Assembly (NCBI GenBank): GCA_963825135.1 | Contig: CAWGRW010000009.1 | Span: 1,088,001-1,152,000, forward strand | Reading direction: 5' to 3' | Origin: an uncultured bacterium | GTDB lineage: Bacteria > Desulfobacterota_D > UBA1144 > Nemesobacterales > UBA2774 | DNA: 64,000 bases | Part shown: one piece after another, positions 9,683 through 19,049 of the stretch | Position numbering within the stretch: the first letter of the stretch is position 1 | How the letters are laid out: every line of letters begins with the position of its first letter | Made by a program: the position numbers and the translations under genes | The notes under the pieces: generated by a model | Seen by the model: only the letters and a program-made list of their open reading frames with translations | What the model was told of the DNA's origin: nothing | Database searches by the model: none

Positions 9683-10663
9683 ATGATAGATTCTTTAACG
9701 GTGCGGGCGGCCTTCTCGACAGGGGTAATAATTCTGATGTCCGTCATGATTCTATTGGCCGCGCCGGTTAGCCGCGCAGCTCTATGCCGAAAATGGAGCG
9801 AAGCGGAAAAGGCGGGCGCTCTCGACTATCTCCAGATCGACGAGGCGAGCGGGATCGCCTCTTCGAGGAGGTTTCCGGGCAGGCTCTACCATGTAAACGA
9901 CTCCGGGAGCGGCCCCTATTTTTATGTAAGCGATTCAGGCGGCGGGAAGACCAGGGCCGTCAGGATCGAAGGCTTCGACGACGCCGGGTCCGATTTCGAA
10001 GACGCCTCATACGGCGATTGCTTATCCGGAAAGGCCTGTTTTTTCATCGCTGACATCGGCGACAACGGCAAAAAAAGGAAGTTCGTCGAGATAATAGCAA
10101 TTGAGGAGGCTGAAAAATTTGGTCGTTCGGTCGCTCCGCTCAAGGTATTGAAGCTTACATATCCCGACCGTCCCCATAACGCGGAGGCCATGGCCATACA
10201 TCCGAACGGCGATATTTACATATTCACGAAAGAGGAAGACGTCGATAATCTGGAGTCGTTCCCCGCGAAGCTGTTCAAGATAAGAAAAGATAAATGGGAA
10301 AACGCAGGCGCAGGCGAGCAGGCGCTCGAATACGTCGGGGAGCTCGATCTCCCTCGTTTGAGTAATTCCGACTCCTCGTTCGGGAGCGTGATTACATCGT
10401 TCGATATAGCTCCCGACGGGAAGACTTTCCTCGTACTCACTTACGAGGACGCGTTTGAGTTCGATATCGACCTCTCGCCGCCGGGGCTAAAGCCCTCCGG
10501 CGAGCTCGTCAGGGATAGGGACTACAGAGCTATAAAATTAAAGTCTCTGCCTCAGCAGGAAAGCATTTCGTATGTCGAGGAGGGTAGGGGCTTTATTTAT
10601 GATTCGGAATACCATGTTTTCGATGTTCCGATAATGAAGGTAGAGTGTCTCGACGGCCGGTAG
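9683..10663 (+). CDS. Secreted beta-propeller-like hypothetical protein
   Basis: Signal-like N-terminus; repeated EASG, NDSG, DFED, DIGDN, NAEA and QQESI motifs typical of acidic propeller (phytase/esterase-like) proteins. Confidence 0.7.
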   Translation: MIDSLTVRAAFSTGVIILMSVMILLAAPVSRAALCRKWSEAEKAGALDYLQIDEASGIASSRRFPGRLYHVNDSGSGPYFYVSDSGGGKTRAVRIEGFDDAGSDFEDASYGDCLSGKACFFIADIGDNGKKRKFVEIIAIEEAEKFGRSVAPLKVLKLTYPDRPHNAEAMAIHPNGDIYIFTKEEDVDNLESFPAKLFKIRKDKWENAGAGEQALEYVGELDLPRLSNSDSSFGSVITSFDIAPDGKTFLVLTYEDAFEFDIDLSPPGLKPSGELVRDRDYRAIKLKSLPQQESISYVEEGRGFIYDSEYHVFDVPIMKVECLDGR

Positions 10664-10674
10664 CGGTTATACGG

Positions 10675-11550
10675 TCAGTTCAGCAGAAACGCAATAATAA
10701 CGGGTGTCGTGATGACGGAGATAAGCGTCCCCGCAAGTATAATAGAGGCCACTCTCTCCGAGTCCTGGTTGTATTTCTCGGCGAGGACGAAATTGAATAT
10801 CGCGGGCGGCATGGCCGACTGTAGAATCACGACCTTGGCGGCGACACCGTCGAGCTTGAAGATCGAGACGGTCAGAATACCCAGAATAACCCCGAAGAAT
10901 ATCCTCATGCCCCCCACGAGGAACGATTTGTTCACGTCTGTGAGAGCGACCTCCGATAGTTTATATCCCAGCGCGAATATCATCGTCGGTATGCTCGCCT
11001 CCCCCAGGAGGTCGAATGCCCTGAATACCGCGGTCGGCATCGTCCACCCCGAGACGCTCAGCAGCACCCCTGCTACGGCTGAATAGACGAGCGGGAGCCT
11101 GAATATCTCGAACGGGCTTTCGTCGTAGTTGAGTATCAATATGCCGAGCGTGTAGTGGAGTATCGTGGTCGAGACCATATAGAGTATCGCCACGTTGAAC
11201 CCGGTCTCGCCGAAAGCGAAGAGCACGAGGGGCAGGCCCATGTTCCCTGTATTCGCGAAGAGCGCAGGAGGCAGATAGACCTTGACCGGCAATTTGAGCG
11301 CCCTTATTATCCCGAGGCAGATAATGAGCGATACGCCGATGATAATGCATACCGATATGAACACCTTTCCGGCGAGAAATATGTCGATAGTGTCCCTCGA
11401 AAGGGAGGATATTATCAGCGCGGGGGTGGCGAGGTATATCACGAATTCATTGATGGGGGAGAGGTCTATCTTCTTCCATTTCCCGAAAACATAGCCCGAG
11501 AGCGCGATGAGGAAAACCGGCAGAACTACGTCAGCGATCTGACTAATTAT
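10675..11550 (-). CDS. AEC (auxin efflux carrier)-family transporter; probable non-canonical ATA/ATT start
   Basis: N.GNMGLP and QSAMPPA motifs. The frame extends 36 codons above GTG 11442 with AEC-like TM1 (DVVLPVFLIALSGY) up to an in-frame TGA; SD GGAGG lies 9 nt before ATA 11550. Confidence 0.85.
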   Translation of the reverse strand: MISQIADVVLPVFLIALSGYVFGKWKKIDLSPINEFVIYLATPALIISSLSRDTIDIFLAGKVFISVCIIIGVSLIICLGIIRALKLPVKVYLPPALFANTGNMGLPLVLFAFGETGFNVAILYMVSTTILHYTLGILILNYDESPFEIFRLPLVYSAVAGVLLSVSGWTMPTAVFRAFDLLGEASIPTMIFALGYKLSEVALTDVNKSFLVGGMRIFFGVILGILTVSIFKLDGVAAKVVILQSAMPPAIFNFVLAEKYNQDSERVASIILAGTLISVITTPVIIAFLLN

Positions 11551-11678
11551 GGCTCTTCACCTCCCATTTAAATCAGGACCGGCTTTGAACAAGGAATTTA
11601 ATTTTACGCTGGATAGTTCGAATTAACAAAAGGCGGAAAGAATCGGTCGGATGTACTGATTCGGAATGTATACAGGAC

Positions 11679-12656
11679 TTACCATCTTATGACGGCCGCG
11701 CCCCAGGTAAAACCGGCGCCGAATACCGATATAAGTATCGTATCCCCTTTCTTGACCCTGCCGCCCCTGACCGCTTCATCGAGCGCAAGAGGGACAGAAG
11801 CGGATGAAGTGTTACCGTACCTGTCGAGGTTGCAGAATACCTTCTCCTCCGGCAGCCCTATTCTCTTTCTCACAGCCTCGAGTATCCGGAGGTTCGCCTG
11901 ATGCGGTATGAAGAGGTCTATTTCCTCAGGAGTGATATCGGCCATTTTTATCGCTTCGAGCGAGGAAGATTCGAGGGCCTTTACCGCTTCCTTAAACACC
12001 TCCTTCCCCTTCATTTTCAGGAAGTGGCATTTGTTTTTTATACTCTCTTCGCTTGGCGGCATTCGAGAGCCTCCGCCCGGCATATACAGGAGTTCCCATT
12101 CGCTTCCGTTAGCCCCGAGACAGATGGAGAGTATCCCCGGAGTGTCGGATGCGGATATCACGGCGGCCCCAGCCCCGTCCCCGAAGAGAATACAGGTGGA
12201 TCTGTCTTCGAAGTCCGTTATTTTGGAAAGGGTCTCGGCGCCTATGATGAGGAGTTTTTTCGCATCGCCGCATCCTATTATCCCCTTGCCCGCCTGAAGG
12301 GCGTATAAGAATCCCGAACAGCCGGCGAGGAGGTCGAACGCAAACGCTTTTTTGGCCCCCAGGCGGCTCTGGAGGATGCAGGCCGTCGACGGGAAGAGGT
12401 AATCCGGTGTAACCGTCCCGACAATGATGCCGTCGAGGTCGCCTGCGTCCACCCCGGCGCTTTCAAGGGCCTTTAGAGACGCCTCATACGCTATATCGGA
12501 TGTCGCGATATCGGGTTCGACTATTCTTCTCTCCCGTATCCCGGTCCTCGTCTGTATCCATTCGTCCGAGGTATCGACCAGCTTTTCGAGGTCGAGATTA
12601 GTTAATATTTTCTCCGGCGCTAACGAACCTGTGCCTAAGAACCTAACAAAACTCAA
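11679..12656 (-). CDS. fabH: Beta-ketoacyl-ACP synthase III
   Basis: DTSDEWI..RTGI.ERR, AGCSGF, FGDGAGA, PHQAN.RI, GNTSSAS, GAGFTWG; TTG start. Confidence 0.97.
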   Translation of the reverse strand: MSFVRFLGTGSLAPEKILTNLDLEKLVDTSDEWIQTRTGIRERRIVEPDIATSDIAYEASLKALESAGVDAGDLDGIIVGTVTPDYLFPSTACILQSRLGAKKAFAFDLLAGCSGFLYALQAGKGIIGCGDAKKLLIIGAETLSKITDFEDRSTCILFGDGAGAAVISASDTPGILSICLGANGSEWELLYMPGGGSRMPPSEESIKNKCHFLKMKGKEVFKEAVKALESSSLEAIKMADITPEEIDLFIPHQANLRILEAVRKRIGLPEEKVFCNLDRYGNTSSASVPLALDEAVRGGRVKKGDTILISVFGAGFTWGAAVIRW

Positions 12657-12719
12657 ATTTATCGCTTCTCCTTACGTCGTTGAGGGGAATAGTATCAGGT
12701 ATGAGGCATATTTGTCAAA

Positions 12720-13184
12720 CTAGCTTCCCGCCTCGATTAATAACGACTTTAATCCCGCGGCTTGCTCCGCCGAAATCTCCGCCCGTATCATCAATTCCAC
12801 GCCTGAGCTATAGAGGAGTATGTCGAACCGCCTATCATTGCACATTTTTTTGAGTGTCTCCATCTCGCCAACGGATTCCGTACTGAAAAAGTACTCAAAT
12901 CGGAACGATTTATTTTTCTTTGTATCAATATGAAGGTTAAACGCGAGCGAAGGGAATTCGGGTCTCTCGATAAGCTCGAAATCTATTGTAATCGTTTGAA
13001 ATTCTTTCATCATTTGAATCTTATCGGCGGCGTCTTTAATTATCAGAGCCGGTATGTCGTCGATGCAGACGAACAGGCACCCCGAATCGATCATCGAAAG
13101 AGAGAGTTCGGTATCGGGATGAAGCACGCGTTTATCATTAGTTCTTTTTCGTAGAAAAGGCTTGAGAAGAAACGACAGCAACAT
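12720..13184 (-). CDS. Hypothetical protein
   Basis: Open frame with SD GGAGG before ATG 13184; no recognisable motif. Confidence 0.6.
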   Translation of the reverse strand: MLLSFLLKPFLRKRTNDKRVLHPDTELSLSMIDSGCLFVCIDDIPALIIKDAADKIQMMKEFQTITIDFELIERPEFPSLAFNLHIDTKKNKSFRFEYFFSTESVGEMETLKKMCNDRRFDILLYSSGVELMIRAEISAEQAAGLKSLLIEAGS

Positions 13185-13472
13185 ACCCTCCGGATTCCCG
13201 GTAATTCTATTACAAGCGCGATTATTAGCAACGTGAGATCGATACGGCCGGGCCCCCCTGGGATTCCCGGAAACCGGCCCGATAACGATCTCAGGCGAAT
13301 TTTTATCTTGACACGGGCACATGAAATTTATTAGTATCAAGGTATGGGTGGTGCATTAAAGGGGTTAAGTTAATAAGATATTCACAGAATTGGGGTATTC
13401 AAAAGAAATGGGGGCTGGTTTTGTGATGGTAAATTGAGATCTACATAATTTTCACACGGAGGAAAGTTAGAA

Positions 13473-13706
13473 ATGATGTGGACATTGATTATTATAGGCC
13501 TGGCTTTTTTTATGTGGCGTTTTATGCAGCCGCAGGGGAGTCAATCTGCAGCCGCAAGCGCAGCGCCCCCGCCTCCCGCCCCGCCTCCCGCCGCTTCATC
13601 CGGCGACGATCCATTTAAATCGGCTGCGGCGACAGAGAGCGGAGGGTCTCCTCCGAAGGCATCGTCTTCAGGGGAAGTCGATCCGTTCAAGGCTCCCGGC
13701 ACGTAG
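13473..13706 (+). CDS. Small single-TM protein with Pro/Ala/Ser-rich tail and two DPFK motifs
   Basis: SD GGAGG; hydrophobic N-terminus; APPPPAPPP; DDPFKS and VDPFKA. Confidence 0.7.
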   Translation: MMWTLIIIGLAFFMWRFMQPQGSQSAAASAAPPPPAPPPAASSGDDPFKSAAATESGGSPPKASSSGEVDPFKAPGT

Positions 13707-13773
13707 CGCGGAAACGGCGCGGTTTTATCGCCTGTCAGCGTAATAAACGGCTCTTCGGAAACGGCCTGGTTCT

Positions 13774-14820
13774 TTAAACGATAATTTCTTTCTTTGTCCG
13801 TATCAGCAGCCAGAGAAAGAATACGCCGCCCACGGATGCTGTAATTATTCCTACCGGTATCTCGACAGGAGATATCAGGGTTCTCGAGACCGTATCCGCC
13901 GCCATCAGGAATGAAGCGCCTAAAAGAAATGAGCAGGGAAGAATTATTCTGTTGTCTACCCCCAGTACCATCCTCAGGATGTGGGGTATGATGAGTCCCA
14001 CGAAACCTATGGGGCCTGTTACCGATATTACGGCTCCGGCCGAAAGCGATGTCGCGAAGTAGATGAGGTTTTGCATTTTCTTTACGTTGACCCCGAGCGA
14101 TGACGCGACGTCGTCCCCGAGGCCGAACAGGTTCATATCCTTGGTCATCGATAGGAGTATCAGGCAGCCCGGGATTACGAATATGAGAGTTTTCCAGACC
14201 TCATCGAACCCCACTATGTCGAGACTCCCCATTATCCAGCGCATGGTCTGCAGCGACTCCGTGAAGTTGGAAAAGAACTGTATGAAGAGGACGAAGGCGG
14301 AGTAAAGGAAATTCATCACAACCCCTGCCAGCAGGAGTCGTCCCGTCGCGACCACGCCGCCGACCTTCGAGACGTTGTAGACAAAGATCATCGTCAGGAG
14401 CGCAAATAAAAACGCCAAGATCGAGACCATGGAGAATCCGAGGACTCCGGCGGCGAGCCCGAGCCTTATTCCGATGAGCGCGCCCAAAGAGGCCCCGCCC
14501 GATATGCCGAGAGTGAAAGGGGATGCGAGGGGGTTCCTGAAGAGAGCCTGGAGCGCCGCGCCGCAAATAGCGAGCGTCCCGCCGGCGACGGTCGCCATGA
14601 GCACCCTGGGTATCCTGATTTTATAAAAGATAGTGTTCGCGAGCTCGTCCCCTCTGAAAAGCGCGCCGAGATGGCTCATGTCGTAAGTTCCCGAAAGCAC
14701 GCTTATCACGGCTATTACGACCCAGAGCAGAAACAAGACGCTTAACGAGATTATGAATTTTTTCTTCGCTATCATGTGCGTTGCCGGGAAAGCCCGATTA
14801 GTGACCCCTTTCTCAATCAA
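13774..14820 (-). CDS. btuC: Cobalamin ABC transporter permease (FecCD/BtuC family)
   Basis: RIPR, QALFRNPLASP..LGISGGA, A.SLGV, GPIGFVGLIIPH, EIPVG; lies in the B12 riboswitch operon. Confidence 0.9.
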   Translation of the reverse strand: MIEKGVTNRAFPATHMIAKKKFIISLSVLFLLWVVIAVISVLSGTYDMSHLGALFRGDELANTIFYKIRIPRVLMATVAGGTLAICGAALQALFRNPLASPFTLGISGGASLGALIGIRLGLAAGVLGFSMVSILAFLFALLTMIFVYNVSKVGGVVATGRLLLAGVVMNFLYSAFVLFIQFFSNFTESLQTMRWIMGSLDIVGFDEVWKTLIFVIPGCLILLSMTKDMNLFGLGDDVASSLGVNVKKMQNLIYFATSLSAGAVISVTGPIGFVGLIIPHILRMVLGVDNRIILPCSFLLGASFLMAADTVSRTLISPVEIPVGIITASVGGVFFLWLLIRTKKEIIV

Positions 14821-15590
14821 TCTCCGGGGTAAATAAAAATTTTTCCATCCTCCCTTTTGACCGTGACTTCAATTCCGTATAGCGAGCTCAGGTTCTCCCG
14901 GTTGATAACGGACTCGGTACTTCCGTTGGCAAAGACGCTCCCGTCTTTAATCATTACTATTTCGTCGAAATAGAAGATGGCGTTGAATATATCGTGCGTG
15001 GCCGCGATTATGAGTATCCCGCGTTCCTCTTTCAGCCTCCGGAGCAGGTTCATGATTTCGCTCCTGTGTCTGATGTCGAGAAAAGTCGCGGGCTCGTCGA
15101 GTATCATGACCTCGGGTTCCTGCACGAGCGCCCTCGCTATCGATGCGAGCTGCCTCTCCCCCGCCGAGGTTTCGGTAATCAGCCTGTTGCTGAGATGAGG
15201 GATTCCCACCGTATCCATCGCCCTCTTCGCGGCGTCCCGGTCTATCTCCCTCTCGAATTCGAACCTGCCTATGTAGGGCGCCCTGCCCATGAGGATTACT
15301 TCCGATACCGTGAACGGGAACGCGAAGACCGGGTCCTGCGGAATATAGGCGATCTTTTTTGCGATCTCCCTTTTGTCCAAACTCAATAGGGGCTTGTTCT
15401 TAAATAACACGTCCCCGTTCTGCGCTTTAAGGATCCCTGTGATTATCTTAAGGAGCGTCGACTTGCCCGCCCCGTTCGCGCCCAGTATCCCGAGCATATT
15501 ACCCTTGCCGAGATTGAGATTGATATCCGTGAGTATGTCTCCGCCCCCGTATGAAAAAGAGACGTCCCTGCACTCAATTAATGTTTCCAT
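14817..15590 (-). CDS. btuD: Cobalamin ABC transporter ATP-binding protein
   Basis: GANGAGKST, SAGERQ, LDEP, H-loop THD; operon context. Confidence 0.88.
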   Translation of the reverse strand: METLIECRDVSFSYGGGDILTDINLNLGKGNMLGILGANGAGKSTLLKIITGILKAQNGDVLFKNKPLLSLDKREIAKKIAYIPQDPVFAFPFTVSEVILMGRAPYIGRFEFEREIDRDAAKRAMDTVGIPHLSNRLITETSAGERQLASIARALVQEPEVMILDEPATFLDIRHRSEIMNLLRRLKEERGILIIAATHDIFNAIFYFDEIVMIKDGSVFANGSTESVINRENLSSLYGIEVTVKREDGKIFIYPGD

Positions 15591-16455
15591 TCTCAACCTT
15601 CAACTCCGGGTGCAGCACCCCTGTCAGCACCTCTGCCCCCTCTACTATCGTCTGGCTCGGATGGAGAATCACAGTGCTCGGCAGTATATAGACCTGACCT
15701 TCCCTCACGGCCCTCGACTGGCTGAGCGTACCCCATATGCCGAGGATTTCGGACTCCTTGTTGAATTTTTCGTGGTTTATCTCGATGATAACGTCCGGGT
15801 CGAGCGTGAGGACCGCCTCTTTCGTTATTTTGATAGAGAGCCTGGTATTCTCGACCGCGTTCTCCCCTCCGGCAAGCTCGATGAGCTCGTTGATGTAATT
15901 ATTCCTCCCTATGACGTAGATGTCCTCGAGTGTCCCCGGGCTTCGCCCGACGACGAGCAGCACCTTTTTCCTGGGCGCCCCTTTCGTCATCCGGCCGATT
16001 CTATCGAGAGAGCTTTTCATATCGGCAACTAGCCTCTTCGCCTCTTCCTCTCTGCCCAGCACCTCTCCCAGGTAGGTTATCGTTTTTAGTATGTCGCTCA
16101 CGGAATCGTTGCTGTCGGTAACGAGCGTCTTAAGTCCGAGCGCCCTGATATTCGCTCCGAATATGGTGTCCTGGTCCTTCATGAGAATGACGAGGTCAGG
16201 CCTGAGCGCGAGTATTGCTTCGTAGTTGGGGTTTATCCAGCCTCCCACGCTCGGCAGGTCTTTCGCCTTTGGCGGGAAGTCCGAATAGAGCGTCACCCCC
16301 ACCACCTTATCCAGGTCCCCGAGGGCGTAGATTATATGGGTCAGGTTCGGGGAGAGAGACACTATGCGCTCGGGCTTGCCGGCGGCATGGGCCGTCATGC
16401 ACGATGCCGTAACCACGGCCAGTATCAGGAATTTCAACAGGTTCTTTTTGATCAT
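15574..16455 (-). CDS. btuF: Periplasmic cobalamin-binding protein (BtuF family)
   Basis: Signal peptide, RIVSLSP..T, P.YE.ILAL.PDL, PDVII; operon context. Confidence 0.85.
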   Translation of the reverse strand: MIKKNLLKFLILAVVTASCMTAHAAGKPERIVSLSPNLTHIIYALGDLDKVVGVTLYSDFPPKAKDLPSVGGWINPNYEAILALRPDLVILMKDQDTIFGANIRALGLKTLVTDSNDSVSDILKTITYLGEVLGREEEAKRLVADMKSSLDRIGRMTKGAPRKKVLLVVGRSPGTLEDIYVIGRNNYINELIELAGGENAVENTRLSIKITKEAVLTLDPDVIIEINHEKFNKESEILGIWGTLSQSRAVREGQVYILPSTVILHPSQTIVEGAEVLTGVLHPELKVENGNIN

Positions 16456-16458
16456 CTT

Positions 16459-17406
16459 TTATCCCAGGAATAATTCGAACTGCATGTAGTTCCTCAGATT
16501 GACTACTGCGCCCGGCGCAGGTTCGTAGCTTTTCATCATTTCCGGGTGGATGGTTTTTGCCAGAATCTCGAGCCCGTCCACGACCCTCGGCCCCGGCCTG
16601 CTGAAATAGGAGTTCGCGTCGAAGATGTATATCTGCCCCTTGCTCGTCGACGGGAGAGAAAACCACTCGTCGTGCTTCGTCACCGTTTCGATTTCGTCGA
16701 CCGTTTTTTCTATATCGTAGCCGCACGGCATAATGAAGAGCATATTCGGCGCGAACTCTTCTATGTCTTTCCAGGAGACCTCAAATGACGGCTCGCCGGC
16801 CTTGCCTATCCCGGAGCGCCCGCCCGCGATCTCGACCATCTCCGGCACCCAGTGCCCCGCGACGTACGGCGGGTCGAGCCACTCCATGCAGAATACCCTC
16901 GGGCGGTCCCTTTCGTTTACCGTCAGAGACCTTATCCTCTCGATCCTCTGTACGAGCTTCCCGGTGATTTCACGCGCCCTGTCCCCCGTGCCCGTAGCCT
17001 CGCCGACGATAAGAATCGTATCCATGATCTCGCCGAGAGTCCTCGGTTCGAGCGAGATGATCCCGGGCTTCTTCCCGAGCGCTTCCACCGCCTCCGTGAC
17101 CTCGTTTCCCGAAACGGCGCAGACCTGGCAGAGCTCCTGCGTCAGTATCAGGTCCGGGGCGGCTTCCCGGAGCGCGTCTTTGTCTATGAGATATGTGCTT
17201 TTGCCCTGGGCGGCGTTGCGGCTCACGAGCTCGTCTATCTCGCGGCTCGAAAGCTTTTCGGGGTCTATGAAGCTCATGACGACCCTCTTCTTTTCCGCAG
17301 CCTCGGGCGGATAATCGCATTCGTGCGTAACTCCCGTCACGCAGTCCCCGAGACCGAGCTCGTAAAGTATCTCGGTCGCGCTCGGAAGGAATGAACATAT
17401 ACGCAT
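16459..17406 (-). CDS. BtuF/TroA-like binding protein without signal peptide
   Basis: Starts directly at MRICSFLPSATE after SD GGAGG; THECDYP, QELCQVCA, EWLDP, GHWVPEM, PCG, SRPGPR. Confidence 0.88.
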   Translation of the reverse strand: MRICSFLPSATEILYELGLGDCVTGVTHECDYPPEAAEKKRVVMSFIDPEKLSSREIDELVSRNAAQGKSTYLIDKDALREAAPDLILTQELCQVCAVSGNEVTEAVEALGKKPGIISLEPRTLGEIMDTILIVGEATGTGDRAREITGKLVQRIERIRSLTVNERDRPRVFCMEWLDPPYVAGHWVPEMVEIAGGRSGIGKAGEPSFEVSWKDIEEFAPNMLFIMPCGYDIEKTVDEIETVTKHDEWFSLPSTSKGQIYIFDANSYFSRPGPRVVDGLEILAKTIHPEMMKSYEPAPGAVVNLRNYMQFELFLG

Positions 17407-17504
17407 TATTGTAGGCCTCCCCGGGATAATTCGGGGGAGAAGATGCCACGCCCGTCTCCCCGCACAATTATCATTAACGGCTTTCTATGTTTATGCAAAC
17501 GCCT

Positions 17505-19004
17505 TTATTGCACCAGGCCGAGCGTGGAATCTACGGAGCCCAGCTGCTCGCTTATGCCCGTGATGAAAAATATATCCGGTCCCGTGAAGTCTACTCCCGG
17601 CTCCCCCGGTCTTATCGCGAGCGACTGCACGCCGTCGAAGAGGTCCGAGTTCGGATTGAAAGCCCTTATACCTGCCGGAAACGGGGCTATATACGGGAAC
17701 GGGTTCACTTCGTCATCGTCCGTATCGACAACTGCGATCTGGTCCGTGCCGAAGAGCGTTGCGAACAGGAGGTTGCCTCTTATAGCTATATCGGCCGTGA
17801 GGTTGAGGGAGTCCAGATCGGTAAGCACTATCGGGTCGTCCGTGCCGTTTATTACGTCTCCTGACTGCAGATCCACCTTGAGGAGCGCTCCCACTAGGCC
17901 GAGTCCCATATAGCCGAACCTTCCGTCGGGCGTCGCCACTAACGGGTTAGGCAGGCAGACGGTCGGGTTTTCGGGGCTCAGCGGAATGGGGATATTGTCG
18001 AATATCGAATTCGTCTGGGTGTCGACGAGATCGATCGAGGGCGGGAAATCGAAATCGCATGTGAATTCGTTTGTATCGGGGTCGAAAAGCACGGCTCCGT
18101 TATTCATGGCGTAGAGTGTGTCGCCTATGACGACCATGCTCGTTGTATTCACGCCTGTAGCTTGTATCGTGCCGATGAACTGATTATTCGTCGCATTGAT
18201 CATCGAGATAAATCCGTTTCCCATGGGGTTGAAGTTCTCGTCGAGATTATTATTCGTCACGTAGACCCTTCCCTTCGTTATGGCTACTCTTACGGGCTCC
18301 TCGAATGGGGTTCCCGCAACTGTGAGCACGCTCTGGCAGGGTGCAGTCACGCCGCCCTGTCCGGCTCTCACTATGAGCGCCTCGCAAACCCTGGTTTGTA
18401 CGTTTACGCGGGCAACGCTCTGCCCAATGTTATTAGCCACGTATGCATGCGTGTCGTCCAGGAAAGCCATGTCTATGGGATTTGAATTGGGCGGGAGTTT
18501 GATTTCACCTATTTTTTCTGGGGGATTTTGATTCAGGTCGAATATATATATGTTATCAAAAAAACCGTTTACGACGTAGGCCCTGTCGCCCCGGATTTCA
18601 ATGTCCGCCGGGACTCTCCCGAGCTTGGCCAGATTTTCCTCGACCGAGTCCGAGAGGAGGGTAACGCCGATTACGATGTCTTCTATTACATCGCCTCCGT
18701 CCGTCACGACCACGTTAAAGGAATCGTCCGTGTCCCCCGTGAACGTCGGGTCGAAGCTCCCGTCGGAAGCCCCCGTTGTGGTTTTGGTCTGTCCGGTATC
18801 GAGATCCGTTACCTCGACGGTGCTCCCCGGAGGCACCGCGCCGGGAAGCCCCCCGACCTTGATCGTTTGATCCGCCCCCGCTTTCTCGGCGACCGCGAGG
18901 ATACTCCCCGACGGTATAAACCCGCCTCCCCCTCCCGTGTCGTTACACGCCGCCAGTGCGAGAAAGGCCGCGCCGAAAGATAGAATTAAAAATAATGATT
19001 TCAT
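17505..19004 (-). CDS. YncE-like beta-propeller lipoprotein (BtuG-like), N-terminal Ig-like module
   Basis: Lipobox LAAC then Gly linker; repeated propeller strands (RAYVVN, HAYVANN, RVYVTNN, TLYAMN); acidic; directly after btuB. Confidence 0.8.
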   Translation of the reverse strand: MKSLFLILSFGAAFLALAACNDTGGGGGFIPSGSILAVAEKAGADQTIKVGGLPGAVPPGSTVEVTDLDTGQTKTTTGASDGSFDPTFTGDTDDSFNVVVTDGGDVIEDIVIGVTLLSDSVEENLAKLGRVPADIEIRGDRAYVVNGFFDNIYIFDLNQNPPEKIGEIKLPPNSNPIDMAFLDDTHAYVANNIGQSVARVNVQTRVCEALIVRAGQGGVTAPCQSVLTVAGTPFEEPVRVAITKGRVYVTNNNLDENFNPMGNGFISMINATNNQFIGTIQATGVNTTSMVVIGDTLYAMNNGAVLFDPDTNEFTCDFDFPPSIDLVDTQTNSIFDNIPIPLSPENPTVCLPNPLVATPDGRFGYMGLGLVGALLKVDLQSGDVINGTDDPIVLTDLDSLNLTADIAIRGNLLFATLFGTDQIAVVDTDDDEVNPFPYIAPFPAGIRAFNPNSDLFDGVQSLAIRPGEPGVDFTGPDIFFITGISEQLGSVDSTLGLVQ

Positions 19005-19049
19005 ATCGAATTCCTCCTGTAATAAGGGTTCTTTAGTTTTTATTCCCGT

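Noticed and set aside
9580..9747. 56-aa N-terminal extension of AroA in the ORF track
   Set aside because: Overlaps the divergent gene and an AT-rich promoter; family similarity starts near MSREN at 9579.
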